Notes under the pieces: model-generated
Databases searched by the model: none
What the model saw: only the letters and a program-made list of their open reading frames with translations
What the model was told of the DNA's origin: nothing
In this document: positions 40,742 through 48,915 of the stretch, in pieces
How positions within the stretch are numbered: the stretch's first letter is position 1
How the letters are laid out: the number at the start of each line of letters is the position of its first letter
Made by a program: the position numbers and the translations under genes
NCBI GenBank assembly: GCA_020721645.1
Contig: DYMH01000001.1
Span: 17,537 to 81,536 of the forward strand
Length of the DNA: 64,000 bases
Direction of reading: 5' to 3'
DNA from: Draconibacterium orientale
GTDB lineage: Bacteria > Bacteroidota > Bacteroidia > Bacteroidales > JAADGE01

Positions 40742-40775
40742 TTTACATTATCTCGAAAGAGATATTCCATGTAAA
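40742..40775 (+). promoter_or_regulatory. Stem-loop in the rpsB 5' leader (GAAA tetraloop)
   Basis: TTTACAT-TATCTC-GAAA-GAGATA-(TTCC bulge)-ATGTAAA, about 100 nt upstream of the rpsB ATG. Read directly from the sequence; the function is inferred. Confidence 0.35.
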
Positions 40776-40875
40776 CAGAGAAAAAATGAAGTTTAGTATC
40801 TAAATTATTAAGACCAACCAAGTTGCTACTTAGTAATTGATTTTTAAAGAAAGTAAACTTATTAAACACAAAAAA

Positions 40876-41673
40876 ATGTCAAGAACAAATTTCGAAGAAT
40901 TATTAGAAGCCGGTGTTCACTTTGGGCACTTAAAAAGAAAATGGAATCCGGCAATGGCACCTTACATCTTTATGGAACGAAACGGTATCCACATCCTTGA
41001 TTTGCACAAAACAGTCGTGAAAATTGATGAAGCTGCCGCCGCAATAAAACAAATATCAAAATCGGGACGAAAAATTCTCTTTGTTGCTACAAAAAAACAA
41101 GCCAAAGATATTGTTTCGGAAATTCTCAAACCTACCGGAATGCCTTATATTACCGAAAGATGGTCGGGAGGTATGCTCACAAATTTCCCCACTGTTCGTA
41201 AAGCTGTTAAGAAAATGAGTTCCATTGATAAAATGGAAACCGACGGAACTTTTGAAAATCTTTCAAAACGCGAACGACTTCAAATTTCACGCGAGCGAGA
41301 AAAATTGGAAAAAAACTTAGGCAGTATTGCCGATATGACACGCCTTCCGGCTGCTCTTTTTGTAGTTGATGTGTATAAAGAACACATTGCTGTTCGCGAA
41401 GCACAAAGATTACATATTCCTGTTTTCGGAATGGTGGATACAAATTCAAATCCAAACATTGACTTTGTAATCCCTGCAAACGACGATGCCACGAAATCGA
41501 TTTCATTAATCGTAGGAATTATGGCAAAAGCGATTCAGGAAGGTGCAGAAGAACGCAAAGGCGAAAAAACGGATAAAGATTCTTCCGAAGAATCGGTTTC
41601 GGGTGTCGCAAAAAAAAGCCGAAGAACACGAGCTCGAAAAACAGGAACTAACGAAACACAAGACACTGAATAA
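40876..41673 (+). CDS. rpsB: 30S ribosomal protein S2
   Basis: '[33 protein letters not shown]'. The ATG at 40876 fits the conserved N-terminus. Confidence 0.97.
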   Translation: MSRTNFEELLEAGVHFGHLKRKWNPAMAPYIFMERNGIHILDLHKTVVKIDEAAAAIKQISKSGRKILFVATKKQAKDIVSEILKPTGMPYITERWSGGMLTNFPTVRKAVKKMSSIDKMETDGTFENLSKRERLQISREREKLEKNLGSIADMTRLPAALFVVDVYKEHIAVREAQRLHIPVFGMVDTNSNPNIDFVIPANDDATKSISLIVGIMAKAIQEGAEERKGEKTDKDSSEESVSGVAKKSRRTRARKTGTNETQDTE

Positions 41674-41679
41674 TTCGAT

Positions 41680-41721
41680 GAAAAACTAAAAATAACGAAT
41701 TTGTTTTTAGTTTTTCTTTTT
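41680..41721 (+). terminator. Intercistronic hairpin / attenuator between rpsB and tsf
   Basis: Perfect 13-bp stem GAAAAACTAAAAA / TTTTTAGTTTTTC with an 11-nt loop, followed by TTTTT. Confidence 0.6.
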
Positions 41722-41788
41722 CATACTTCGTTTTGTGGGTACGGAAACCTATATAAATTACATTTTATTCTATAAAAATTATTAAATT

Positions 41789-42619
41789 ATGGCAAATATA
41801 ACTGCAAGTGATGTCGCCAAACTTCGTCAAATGACGGGTGCCGGTATGATGGATTGCAAACAAGCACTTACCGAATCGGAAGGCGATTTCGATGCGGCGA
41901 TAGATATTCTTCGTAAAAAAGGACAAAAGGTCGCCGGAAAGCGAGCTGATCGAGAAGCTCATGAAGGAGCTGTATTAGCAGCCATTTCTGCCGACAGAAC
42001 CTTTGCTGCATTAACTGTTTTGAATTGTGAAACCGATTTTGTGGCAAAAAATGAAGACTTTGTAAAATTCGCACGTTTTATTTTAGATACAGCAGTAGAA
42101 AATCGACCTGCAAATTTAGAAGAATTAAAAGCTTTACCATATAAAAATGTTACCATCGCTGAGGAGGTAATGAATCAAACAGGCGTTATCGGCGAAAAAA
42201 TCGAATTATCGGTTTACGAAATGATACATGCCGAAGATGTTGCTGCTTACATTCACCAAGGAAACAAATTAGCATCGATTGCAGGTTTTTCTAAAAAAGT
42301 GGCTGATGTTCAAGTTTCAAAAGATGTTGTGATGCAAATTGCTTCGATGGCACCAATTGCTGTTAATAAAGAACAAGTAACACAAAAAGTAATTGATAAA
42401 GAAATTGAAATTGGAAAAGATTTGGCGATTCAGGAAGGAAAGCCCGCAGATATGGCTGAAAAAATAGCTCGAGGTCGTTTGGAAAAATTCTTTAAAGAAT
42501 CTACTTTAAACAATCAACAGTTTATTAAAGACAGCAAAATCAGCGTTAAAGAATATCTTATTTCAAAAGACAAAGATTTAAAAATTACTGAATTTAGACG
42601 ATTTACATTATCAGAATAA
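41789..42619 (+). CDS. tsf: Translation elongation factor Ts
   Basis: 'ITASDVAKLRQMTGAGMMDCKQALTESEGDFDAAIDILRKKG'. Confidence 0.97.
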   Translation: MANITASDVAKLRQMTGAGMMDCKQALTESEGDFDAAIDILRKKGQKVAGKRADREAHEGAVLAAISADRTFAALTVLNCETDFVAKNEDFVKFARFILDTAVENRPANLEELKALPYKNVTIAEEVMNQTGVIGEKIELSVYEMIHAEDVAAYIHQGNKLASIAGFSKKVADVQVSKDVVMQIASMAPIAVNKEQVTQKVIDKEIEIGKDLAIQEGKPADMAEKIARGRLEKFFKESTLNNQQFIKDSKISVKEYLISKDKDLKITEFRRFTLSE

Positions 42620-42628
42620 TAAAAAATA

Positions 42629-42652
42629 CCGCTCAATTTGAGCGGTTTTTTG
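42629..42652 (+). terminator. Rho-independent terminator after tsf
   Basis: Stem CCGCTCA / TGAGCGG with a 3-nt loop, followed by TTTTTTG. Confidence 0.8.
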
Positions 42653-42687
42653 CTTTTATTGGATTTAGAAAAAGTTATTATGTAATC

Positions 42688-42783
42688 GGACAGATTTATA
42701 TGTATTATACAATGTCCGTATTCTTATCAAAATGAAATTATTACTTCATTAACGATTACCAATTATAAATTAACCATTACTTA
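42688..42783 (+). repeat. About 96-bp intergenic repeat, copy A
   Basis: Aligns without gaps to 44836-44931 at roughly 85-90% identity by my hand alignment (GGACAGATTTAT..TGTCCGTATTCTTATCAAAAT.AAATTATTAC.TCATTAAC...ATTAACCATTACTTA). Its last 3 nt form the stop codon of the 315-aa gene. Confidence 0.85.
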
Positions 42784-43728
42784 CATTTTGTCGAAACGAT
42801 TTGTTTCATCATCAGAAAGAAATCTATTTTTTCGGCTTTCGACAGATACTTCTTCGGGTTCAGTTTTTTTAATTTCCTGATTGATTGCCTGAATTCGGTT
42901 AAACAGTCCCGGGCGTTCTTTCTTTTCAATTAAGCTGTAATACTCGAAATCGGTCAAAATGGTTTGTATAGAGAACATAAATAAATAGAAAACGAAATAT
43001 AAAACGACAAAAACAACGATGAGTATTTTAGTTGTTACACTGAATGTATTTGTAAAGGCAGAGGCAATTCCGGCGATATAAGGAGGCAGGATAAAAATAT
43101 AGGAAATAAATCCAAGTATCAAGCCCATTACTAAGGTCAATCCGAAAATAAACCACCATTCGCCCCGGATAATTTCAAAACTTCGTTTGAATGCTTCGCC
43201 GAAAGAGATTTTTTCTTTCATCATTGAAATATTGACAAACGACAGAGCTGTTTGCAGGTAAATTCCGGGCACATAACAAAATACGAATCCGACAATAACA
43301 AGCATTAAAACAAGAAATTGAGCACCAAGAACTTTAAAGAAATTATTCTTGGTCATTTCCCAAACATCGTCCAAAGTAAAATTATCGCGTCCGCGTTCTT
43401 CGTAAAGTATCACATACGAATTGATAACTGTTAAAGCCATACTGAAAGCCAAAATCAAGAAGAAAAAAAATAAACTGATATAGGCAAAAATATTTACCCA
43501 AATTGTCATGTTATTGATGACATTGGTGAATATCTGTTGTAAAAAAATACCCAATAAAACCTGAGAAATTAATAAAAATGGTCCTGCATACATAAGTAAG
43601 GCACGAGAAAGCGGTTTCATTTCTTGACGAAAAAATGTAAAGGGTGCACCGAGAAGTTTCCCGAAATCGCGTACTTCGTTTAATTTTATGGATTCTTGTC
43701 CAAAATGATCTTGCTGTTCTTCTTTCAT
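42781..43728 (-). CDS. Hypothetical multi-pass membrane protein (315 aa)
   Basis: Polar N- and C-termini and about 6 TM helices. No family recognised with confidence. Confidence 0.72.
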   Translation of the reverse strand: MKEEQQDHFGQESIKLNEVRDFGKLLGAPFTFFRQEMKPLSRALLMYAGPFLLISQVLLGIFLQQIFTNVINNMTIWVNIFAYISLFFFFLILAFSMALTVINSYVILYEERGRDNFTLDDVWEMTKNNFFKVLGAQFLVLMLVIVGFVFCYVPGIYLQTALSFVNISMMKEKISFGEAFKRSFEIIRGEWWFIFGLTLVMGLILGFISYIFILPPYIAGIASAFTNTFSVTTKILIVVFVVLYFVFYLFMFSIQTILTDFEYYSLIEKKERPGLFNRIQAINQEIKKTEPEEVSVESRKNRFLSDDETNRFDKM

Positions 43729-43763
43729 CTTATGTTTTTTTGAGGTCTTATTGTTTTTTGTGT

Positions 43764-44738
43764 TTATTCTTCATTTGCTTCGAGCAGGGCTTTATTTTTC
43801 AATTTTGCGGGATATCTAAAAAAATACCATGCCACAAAAGCCAACGAGCCGGCAATAATTGCGATTCGTGTCCAATCGGGCCAGTTGGTATAGCGTGTAA
43901 TAAAACTTTCGAGTATTGCTGCAAAAATGATAATCGGAAATAAGCCCATGATGATGTAGGCACTTCGTTTAGCTCCTTTAATAAATGAGATTTTACGAGA
44001 GTACGTTCCCGGGAATAAAATGCTGTTTCCAAGCAACAAACCGGTAGCTCCGGCAACCACAATTGCTGATATTTCGATGGTTCCGTGTATCCAAATACTT
44101 AAAACGGATTCGTACAAAACATTCTGTTGGTAAAAAAAATATTGAAAACTTCCGAGCATCACCCCGTTTTGAAAAAGTAACCACGCAACAGAAATTGGTG
44201 TGAAAAGCCCCATCAAATACATCAGAAAACTCACTTTGATGTTGTTGAAAGCGATATAAACAAACATAAAAAATGGGTCATGTTCCTCATAAACAGCCAT
44301 GGGTTTGCCTTTTGCAATGTTGTCTAAGGTCATGTTTACGTAATCATCGCCTAAAACCAAACGCACAAACGATTGGTCGTGTGCGGCAGAAACAGCACCG
44401 ATAAGAACAGAAATAGCAAATATAATGAACGAATACGCAATATACTTTCGGGCAAGATACATTTCTTGAGGGAAGTCGAATTTCCAAAATTGAACAAAAC
44501 GATTGCTGTGTTCTTTTTTGTTTTTATAGATAATTTGATGCGTTTTTAAAGCCAAAGCATTCAAATAGCGTTCTGTTTCGCTTTGCGGAAAATAGGTTTG
44601 GGCATACGCCAAATCATCGGTCAGCTTAACGAAAGTATCTGCAAGAGTGTCGGGATCGACATTTTTGGGAGTCGAAAGCAAATTTTCGTAATTACGCCAA
44701 ATCTCTGCGTTTTTGTTGATAAAGACAATTTCTTTCAA
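43764..44738 (-). CDS. SpoIIM-like (DUF95) membrane protein
   Basis: 'FNNIKVSFLMYLMGLF', 'FQNGVMLG' and 'IHGTIEISAIVVAGATGLLLG' are typical of the stage II sporulation protein M family. Confidence 0.8.
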   Translation of the reverse strand: MKEIVFINKNAEIWRNYENLLSTPKNVDPDTLADTFVKLTDDLAYAQTYFPQSETERYLNALALKTHQIIYKNKKEHSNRFVQFWKFDFPQEMYLARKYIAYSFIIFAISVLIGAVSAAHDQSFVRLVLGDDYVNMTLDNIAKGKPMAVYEEHDPFFMFVYIAFNNIKVSFLMYLMGLFTPISVAWLLFQNGVMLGSFQYFFYQQNVLYESVLSIWIHGTIEISAIVVAGATGLLLGNSILFPGTYSRKISFIKGAKRSAYIIMGLFPIIIFAAILESFITRYTNWPDWTRIAIIAGSLAFVAWYFFRYPAKLKNKALLEANEE

Positions 44739-44835
44739 ATGGATTCCTATTTTTGGTGGCTGTTTATTTATTCTTTAATTTTTTTGGAAAATTTGCCGGA
44801 GTGCTCAAATAATTCTAATAATATGATAAGTAATA

Positions 44836-44931
44836 GGACAGATTTATTTGTATATTATAATGTCCGTATTCTTATCAAAATCAAATTATTACATCATTAA
44901 CCATTAACCATTAATCATTAACCATTACTTA
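44836..44931 (+). repeat. About 96-bp intergenic repeat, copy B (contains a CATTAAC x5 heptamer array at 44895-44929)
   Basis: Same orientation as copy A, 2148 bp away, in the divergent spacer between the SpoIIM-like and RDD genes. Confidence 0.85.
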
Positions 44932-45025
44932 ATTCTTTGGGGGACGGTTTTTTTGTAAATAAAAATTTCTCTTATTTTACAAATCTATAAAAAAACAGAA
45001 TATTATTTTATTTTTTCAATAAAAA

Positions 45026-45775
45026 ATGGAAACGTTCACTATCAACACCACACAAAACGTATTGATTCGCCACAATACGGCAAGTATCGGCGACCGGGTA
45101 ATGGCAAGCATACTCGACCTCGTTTTTATTTTTGTATATATGGCTATTATTTCAATTTTATCGAATATCATTTCATCGTTTAACAATAAATTTGGGTCGG
45201 TTATTATTATTGTTTTTTATATTCCGGTCTTATTTTATCATTTGATTTTCGAGATTTTTTATCAGGGGCAAAGTTTAGGGAAAAAGATATTAAAAATCAA
45301 AGTAGCAAAGATTGACGGCAGTGAACCAACACTTGGTTCTTATTTTATTCGATGGATTTTTCGCTTGATAGAAATAACATTTACCGGCGGTTCGCTTGCC
45401 TTAATTGTTGTTTTTATCAACGGGAAAGGACAACGGTTGGGAGATATTGTTGCAAAAACAACGGTTATCAGTCTTAAAGAAAAAGCTGATTTACAGAAAA
45501 CGATTTATGTTGAAGTACCGCAAAATTATATTTTAAAATATTCAGAGGTTTTATTATTAGAAGAGGTTGATATTTCGACAGTTGTAGATGTTTTGCGGTA
45601 TTACGGGGAAAATCCCGGAAGTTTTCAGGCAAATGATCTAATACGACAAACTGTAATGGCAGTCGAAAACAAAATTGGTATAAAAACAACCGAACCGCCC
45701 ATTGAATTTTTGCGTTCTGTTATTTATGACTTCAATCTTTCATTCAAAGAAGACAAGGACGCTGTTTTATTTTGA
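45026..45775 (+). CDS. RDD family membrane protein
   Basis: 'ASIGDRVMASILDLVFIF', 'GQSLGKKILKIKV' and 'IRWIFRLIE'. Confidence 0.86.
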   Translation: METFTINTTQNVLIRHNTASIGDRVMASILDLVFIFVYMAIISILSNIISSFNNKFGSVIIIVFYIPVLFYHLIFEIFYQGQSLGKKILKIKVAKIDGSEPTLGSYFIRWIFRLIEITFTGGSLALIVVFINGKGQRLGDIVAKTTVISLKEKADLQKTIYVEVPQNYILKYSEVLLLEEVDISTVVDVLRYYGENPGSFQANDLIRQTVMAVENKIGIKTTEPPIEFLRSVIYDFNLSFKEDKDAVLF

Positions 45776-45992
45776 TTTTTTTTCTAAGGATTCGTGCAAT
45801 TTTTCTCAAAGTTATTCAATCATTGTAATAAAAAGGTGCTGTTCACATATTTGAAAAACTCTGTGGTTCTGAGAGCAACTCTCGTTTATTGTCTGAAAAA
45901 AAATAGTTATACAGACAAACTTGGAGATTGCTCAGAAAAACATAGAGTTTTAAGACAATTGAATCATTATTTAATAAAGATGAAATTTAATT

Positions 45993-47636
45993 TTAATCAT
46001 CTTCGTCTTCTTCTGAATCAGTCTGATGTTTTGATTTTTTTTTCACTTTTGTTCCTGCTTGGGTTAAACCGTTTTCGGTCATAATCCAAGTTTTTCCTAC
46101 CATGTCGCCGTCCCATTCGTTTTCGATGTTTGGAATATCCCATATAATTTGCTCAGTCAATTCGCCCAAGTGAACAGCTTTGCCCACGGGAAGCATAATG
46201 ACTGTTTCAACTTTCTGATTATAGAATTTTTCTTTGGACGGGATAATAAAGTACGGAAAGAACGAAAGCAGAGAATCTTTTTGAGTCCAATTGTAATTAA
46301 TCGCTTTGCATTTTTCGGCAGCCATTTCGCGTGTTTGTCCCGAAGATTTATATCGGAATTTTACCGAAATATTTTTGTCAAAACTTCTTTCAATTGTAAG
46401 TTTCGGTCGTCCGTACAACTTCCATTCTCCCACACTTTTGTTTACATTGAAAGCGTTGAAATCGATGTCGGAGAAGTCGAAATCGGGGTCGTATTTTTTT
46501 GCCAATTCCACATAAACAGTATCTGAGGCTGTTGAATCCAAAACATAGGATTTTGTGTCGGCATAATTTTGTTTGTAATGTGTGAGCGTTTGAAAAGCGA
46601 TGTAGAGCGAAGCACCGATACCGATAATCCATAATCCGAGAGCCGAAAATTCAAAGATTTTAAATTTACGTTTTACATTGAAAACGATTCGAAAACCGGA
46701 ATATGCAATCATAAAAAACGGGATTCCGATTGTAAGCAACAATGCCAGAGCGACAGTGAAGTAGGAGAGATTCATCGGCAGAACTTCAAAAATGTCGCGA
46801 ATTGTAAAGTTTATATTGTTTCCGTTGTGATTTACCGGTAAAAAGTCGCCTGCAAAAAGTCCGACCACAAAAGTAAGGAACACCGTTATACCTAAAAAAA
46901 TCATCAACGCTCCAAGTGTAATAACAATAACACGCAGTGCTATTTTTATGATTTTAACCAATGCGAACAAAATACTTTCCAAACCGTTTGTCAGATTGGA
47001 ATATTGGTCGGTTTTTGTCCATCGCGAAAAGCCTTTTCTCACGGCTTGAAACTCTTGTCGAACATTTTTTTCGATATTTGAAATATTCACACGTTGCCCT
47101 TTCATTTCCAATTTCTGAGCCGCTGTTTTTGCTTCCGGAGTAACAATCCATAAAATAATGTAAATCAATGTTCCCGAACCCCAGAAAATGAGAGCAACAA
47201 TAAATATCAAGCGAAAAATAACAGGGTCGATATTAAAATAATTACCCAATCCGCTGCACACACCGCCCAGAAGTCGCTCGTCCGGGTTTCGGAACAATCG
47301 ACGATGACGTTTTGTATCGTCAAATCCTTCGGCAAAACGCTCTTCCACTTCTTTGGCAGCGGTTTTCTCTTCATTATCATCGAAATCTTCGGGATAGCCC
47401 ATAATTTTAATGGTTTTTTCCACGTCATCTATCGACAGACAAGCCGTTTCGTCGGGAGCTGTGTCGCGAAAATGTTCGGCAATACCGGATTCGATATCTT
47501 CGATAATTTCTTTGTAACTTTCTTTTCCGGTAAGAATAAGTTGTACTTTTTTAAGCCAGATTTCTAAAATCTTGTAAGCTTCTTCGTCGATATTAAAAAA
47601 ATATCCTCCGATGTGTATTCTGATAGATTTTTTCAT
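45993..47636 (-). CDS. PspC-domain membrane protein, long form (547 aa)
   Basis: 'RRLFRNPDERLLGGVCSGLGNYFNIDPVIFRLIFIVALIFWGSGTLIYIILWIVTPEA' PspC domain, further TM helices, an extracytoplasmic C-terminal domain and an acidic tail. Confidence 0.88.
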   Translation of the reverse strand: MKKSIRIHIGGYFFNIDEEAYKILEIWLKKVQLILTGKESYKEIIEDIESGIAEHFRDTAPDETACLSIDDVEKTIKIMGYPEDFDDNEEKTAAKEVEERFAEGFDDTKRHRRLFRNPDERLLGGVCSGLGNYFNIDPVIFRLIFIVALIFWGSGTLIYIILWIVTPEAKTAAQKLEMKGQRVNISNIEKNVRQEFQAVRKGFSRWTKTDQYSNLTNGLESILFALVKIIKIALRVIVITLGALMIFLGITVFLTFVVGLFAGDFLPVNHNGNNINFTIRDIFEVLPMNLSYFTVALALLLTIGIPFFMIAYSGFRIVFNVKRKFKIFEFSALGLWIIGIGASLYIAFQTLTHYKQNYADTKSYVLDSTASDTVYVELAKKYDPDFDFSDIDFNAFNVNKSVGEWKLYGRPKLTIERSFDKNISVKFRYKSSGQTREMAAEKCKAINYNWTQKDSLLSFFPYFIIPSKEKFYNQKVETVIMLPVGKAVHLGELTEQIIWDIPNIENEWDGDMVGKTWIMTENGLTQAGTKVKKKSKHQTDSEEDEDD

Positions 47637-47671
47637 TTTTGTAAAGATATACTTTGATTAGATTTTTGAAA

Positions 47672-48028
47672 TTAATTTTGCGGAGCACTTTCAGGTTGCC
47701 TGATTTTTTCGACCGAACGATTAAGTGCAGTCCATTCTTCGTGCAGTTCGGAGAGGTGACTTCGACCGTCGTCTGTTATGATGTAATATTTTCGCGGCGG
47801 TCCCTGTGTCGATTCTTCCCAACGATACGATAAAAGACCTGCGTTTTTCTGACGTGTGAGCAAAGGATACAAAGTTCCTTCGACCACAATCAGTTCGGCT
47901 TCTTTCAATTTTCTGATAATGTCGGATGCATAGGAATCTTTTTGTTCTAAGACCGATAGTATGCAGTATTCCAACAATCCTTTTCTCAATTGAGATTTTA
48001 TATTTTCTGTATTCGGATTGGTACTCAT
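47672..48028 (-). CDS. PadR family transcriptional regulator
   Basis: 'LRKGLLEYCILSVLEQKDSYASDIIRKL......VEGTLYPLLTRQKNAGLLSYRWE......PRKYY.IT..G'. I chose the Met at 48028 because it avoids overlap with the upstream ORF. Confidence 0.9.
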   Translation of the reverse strand: MSTNPNTENIKSQLRKGLLEYCILSVLEQKDSYASDIIRKLKEAELIVVEGTLYPLLTRQKNAGLLSYRWEESTQGPPRKYYIITDDGRSHLSELHEEWTALNRSVEKIRQPESAPQN

Positions 48029-48038
48029 AATTATAAAA

Positions 48039-48560
48039 TTAAGCTGTAACAGTATTTTTCGATTCATTTTTTTTCAAAGAACGTGTTGATGTATTTTCGG
48101 GAATAACCAGCCAGAGTATAAAATAAAGCAGAACTCCGGTTCCGTAGAATATAACCGTCAATACAAACAAAACGCGTACAATCGAAGCATCTAAACCCAC
48201 GTATTCGCCAAATCCGGCACACACACCGCCAAGAATTTTATCGGTACGGCTGCGAGAGAATATGCGTTTCGTTTCAGGTTCGGAACAGTCTTCGATGTAA
48301 GATTTGAAATATCCGGTTTTGTAAATCCGTTCGCTTTCGCCGATAATACTCATAATTGTTTTTTCTTCAACAATTTGTTTTGAAGAAACAAGTAACTCTT
48401 CGTCAATTTTTTCGGAAATTAGAGTTTCGGCTTGCTCAAATTGCTCTTTATTGTTTAAATGATTTTTTAGAAAAGACAGGTAATTCGACAGAATCGAATA
48501 CGTCTGTTCGTTGACTTTAAAGTCTTTGTTGCTGATAATAATGTTTACAATTTTTTCCAT
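48039..48560 (-). CDS. PspC-domain membrane protein, short form (173 aa)
   Basis: 'RIFSRSRTDKILGGVCAGFGEYVGLDASIVRVLFVLTVIFYGTGVLLYFILWLVIPE'. Its N-terminal helical module resembles that of the long paralog. Confidence 0.85.
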   Translation of the reverse strand: MEKIVNIIISNKDFKVNEQTYSILSNYLSFLKNHLNNKEQFEQAETLISEKIDEELLVSSKQIVEEKTIMSIIGESERIYKTGYFKSYIEDCSEPETKRIFSRSRTDKILGGVCAGFGEYVGLDASIVRVLFVLTVIFYGTGVLLYFILWLVIPENTSTRSLKKNESKNTVTA

Positions 48561-48586
48561 GGCTGATTATGTATTTGATTACGGTA

Positions 48587-48594
48587 CAAATATA
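48587..48594 (-). promoter_or_regulatory. Candidate -7 box (TATATTTG on minus strand) for the pspC-padR-pspC operon
   Basis: TAnnTTTG match 26 nt upstream of the ATG at 48560. A TTG lies 20 nt further upstream in a -33-like position. Confidence 0.45.
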
Positions 48595-48602
48595 AAACAA
48601 AT

Positions 48603-48631
48603 TTTAGTACTATGCAATACAAGGTACTAAA
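48603..48631. promoter_or_regulatory. Inverted repeat TTTAGTAC-N13-GTACTAAA, candidate PadR operator
   Basis: Perfect 8-bp arms bracket the putative -33 element of the operon promoter. The sequence was read directly; operator function is inferred. Confidence 0.35.
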
Positions 48632-48915
48632 TTATTAAAAAAAATATAATATTCTTCAATTTTACTGTAATATTCACGTTATCAGTAGTATGTGTATTCA
48701 AAAATTTATTATGGCAGATAATATAAATCGTGGAAGCTATTTTTTCGCTCATGTTGAAAAGTCTTAAAAAAAACGATACTTAGATAACGTTTTTAATATC
48801 AAAAGGATGAGAATAATTGTAAAAATTATTTAGAAACAAGTGATTGAAAGAAATCAATTAATTTTAAAAATAATTCTTACTTTCGTATTTTAAAAAACAC
48901 TCTAAAACAAATTCT

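Noticed and set aside
40738-42612. Exact 15-mer ACGATTTACATTATC (22 nt with 2 mismatches) in both the rpsB leader and the last codons of tsf
   Set aside because: It is tempting as a 5'/3' pairing signal. A back-of-envelope estimate for this base composition (per-base match probability about 0.28, about 2e9 same-strand position pairs) predicts several exact 15-mer coincidences per 64 kb by chance, so it is not significant on its own.
45794-46084. 96-aa GTG-initiated plus-strand ORF in the RDD / PspC convergent spacer
   Set aside because: Its last third overlaps the well-supported 3' end of the long PspC gene. It has a non-ATG start, no motif, and no TAnnTTTG box in a suitable position.
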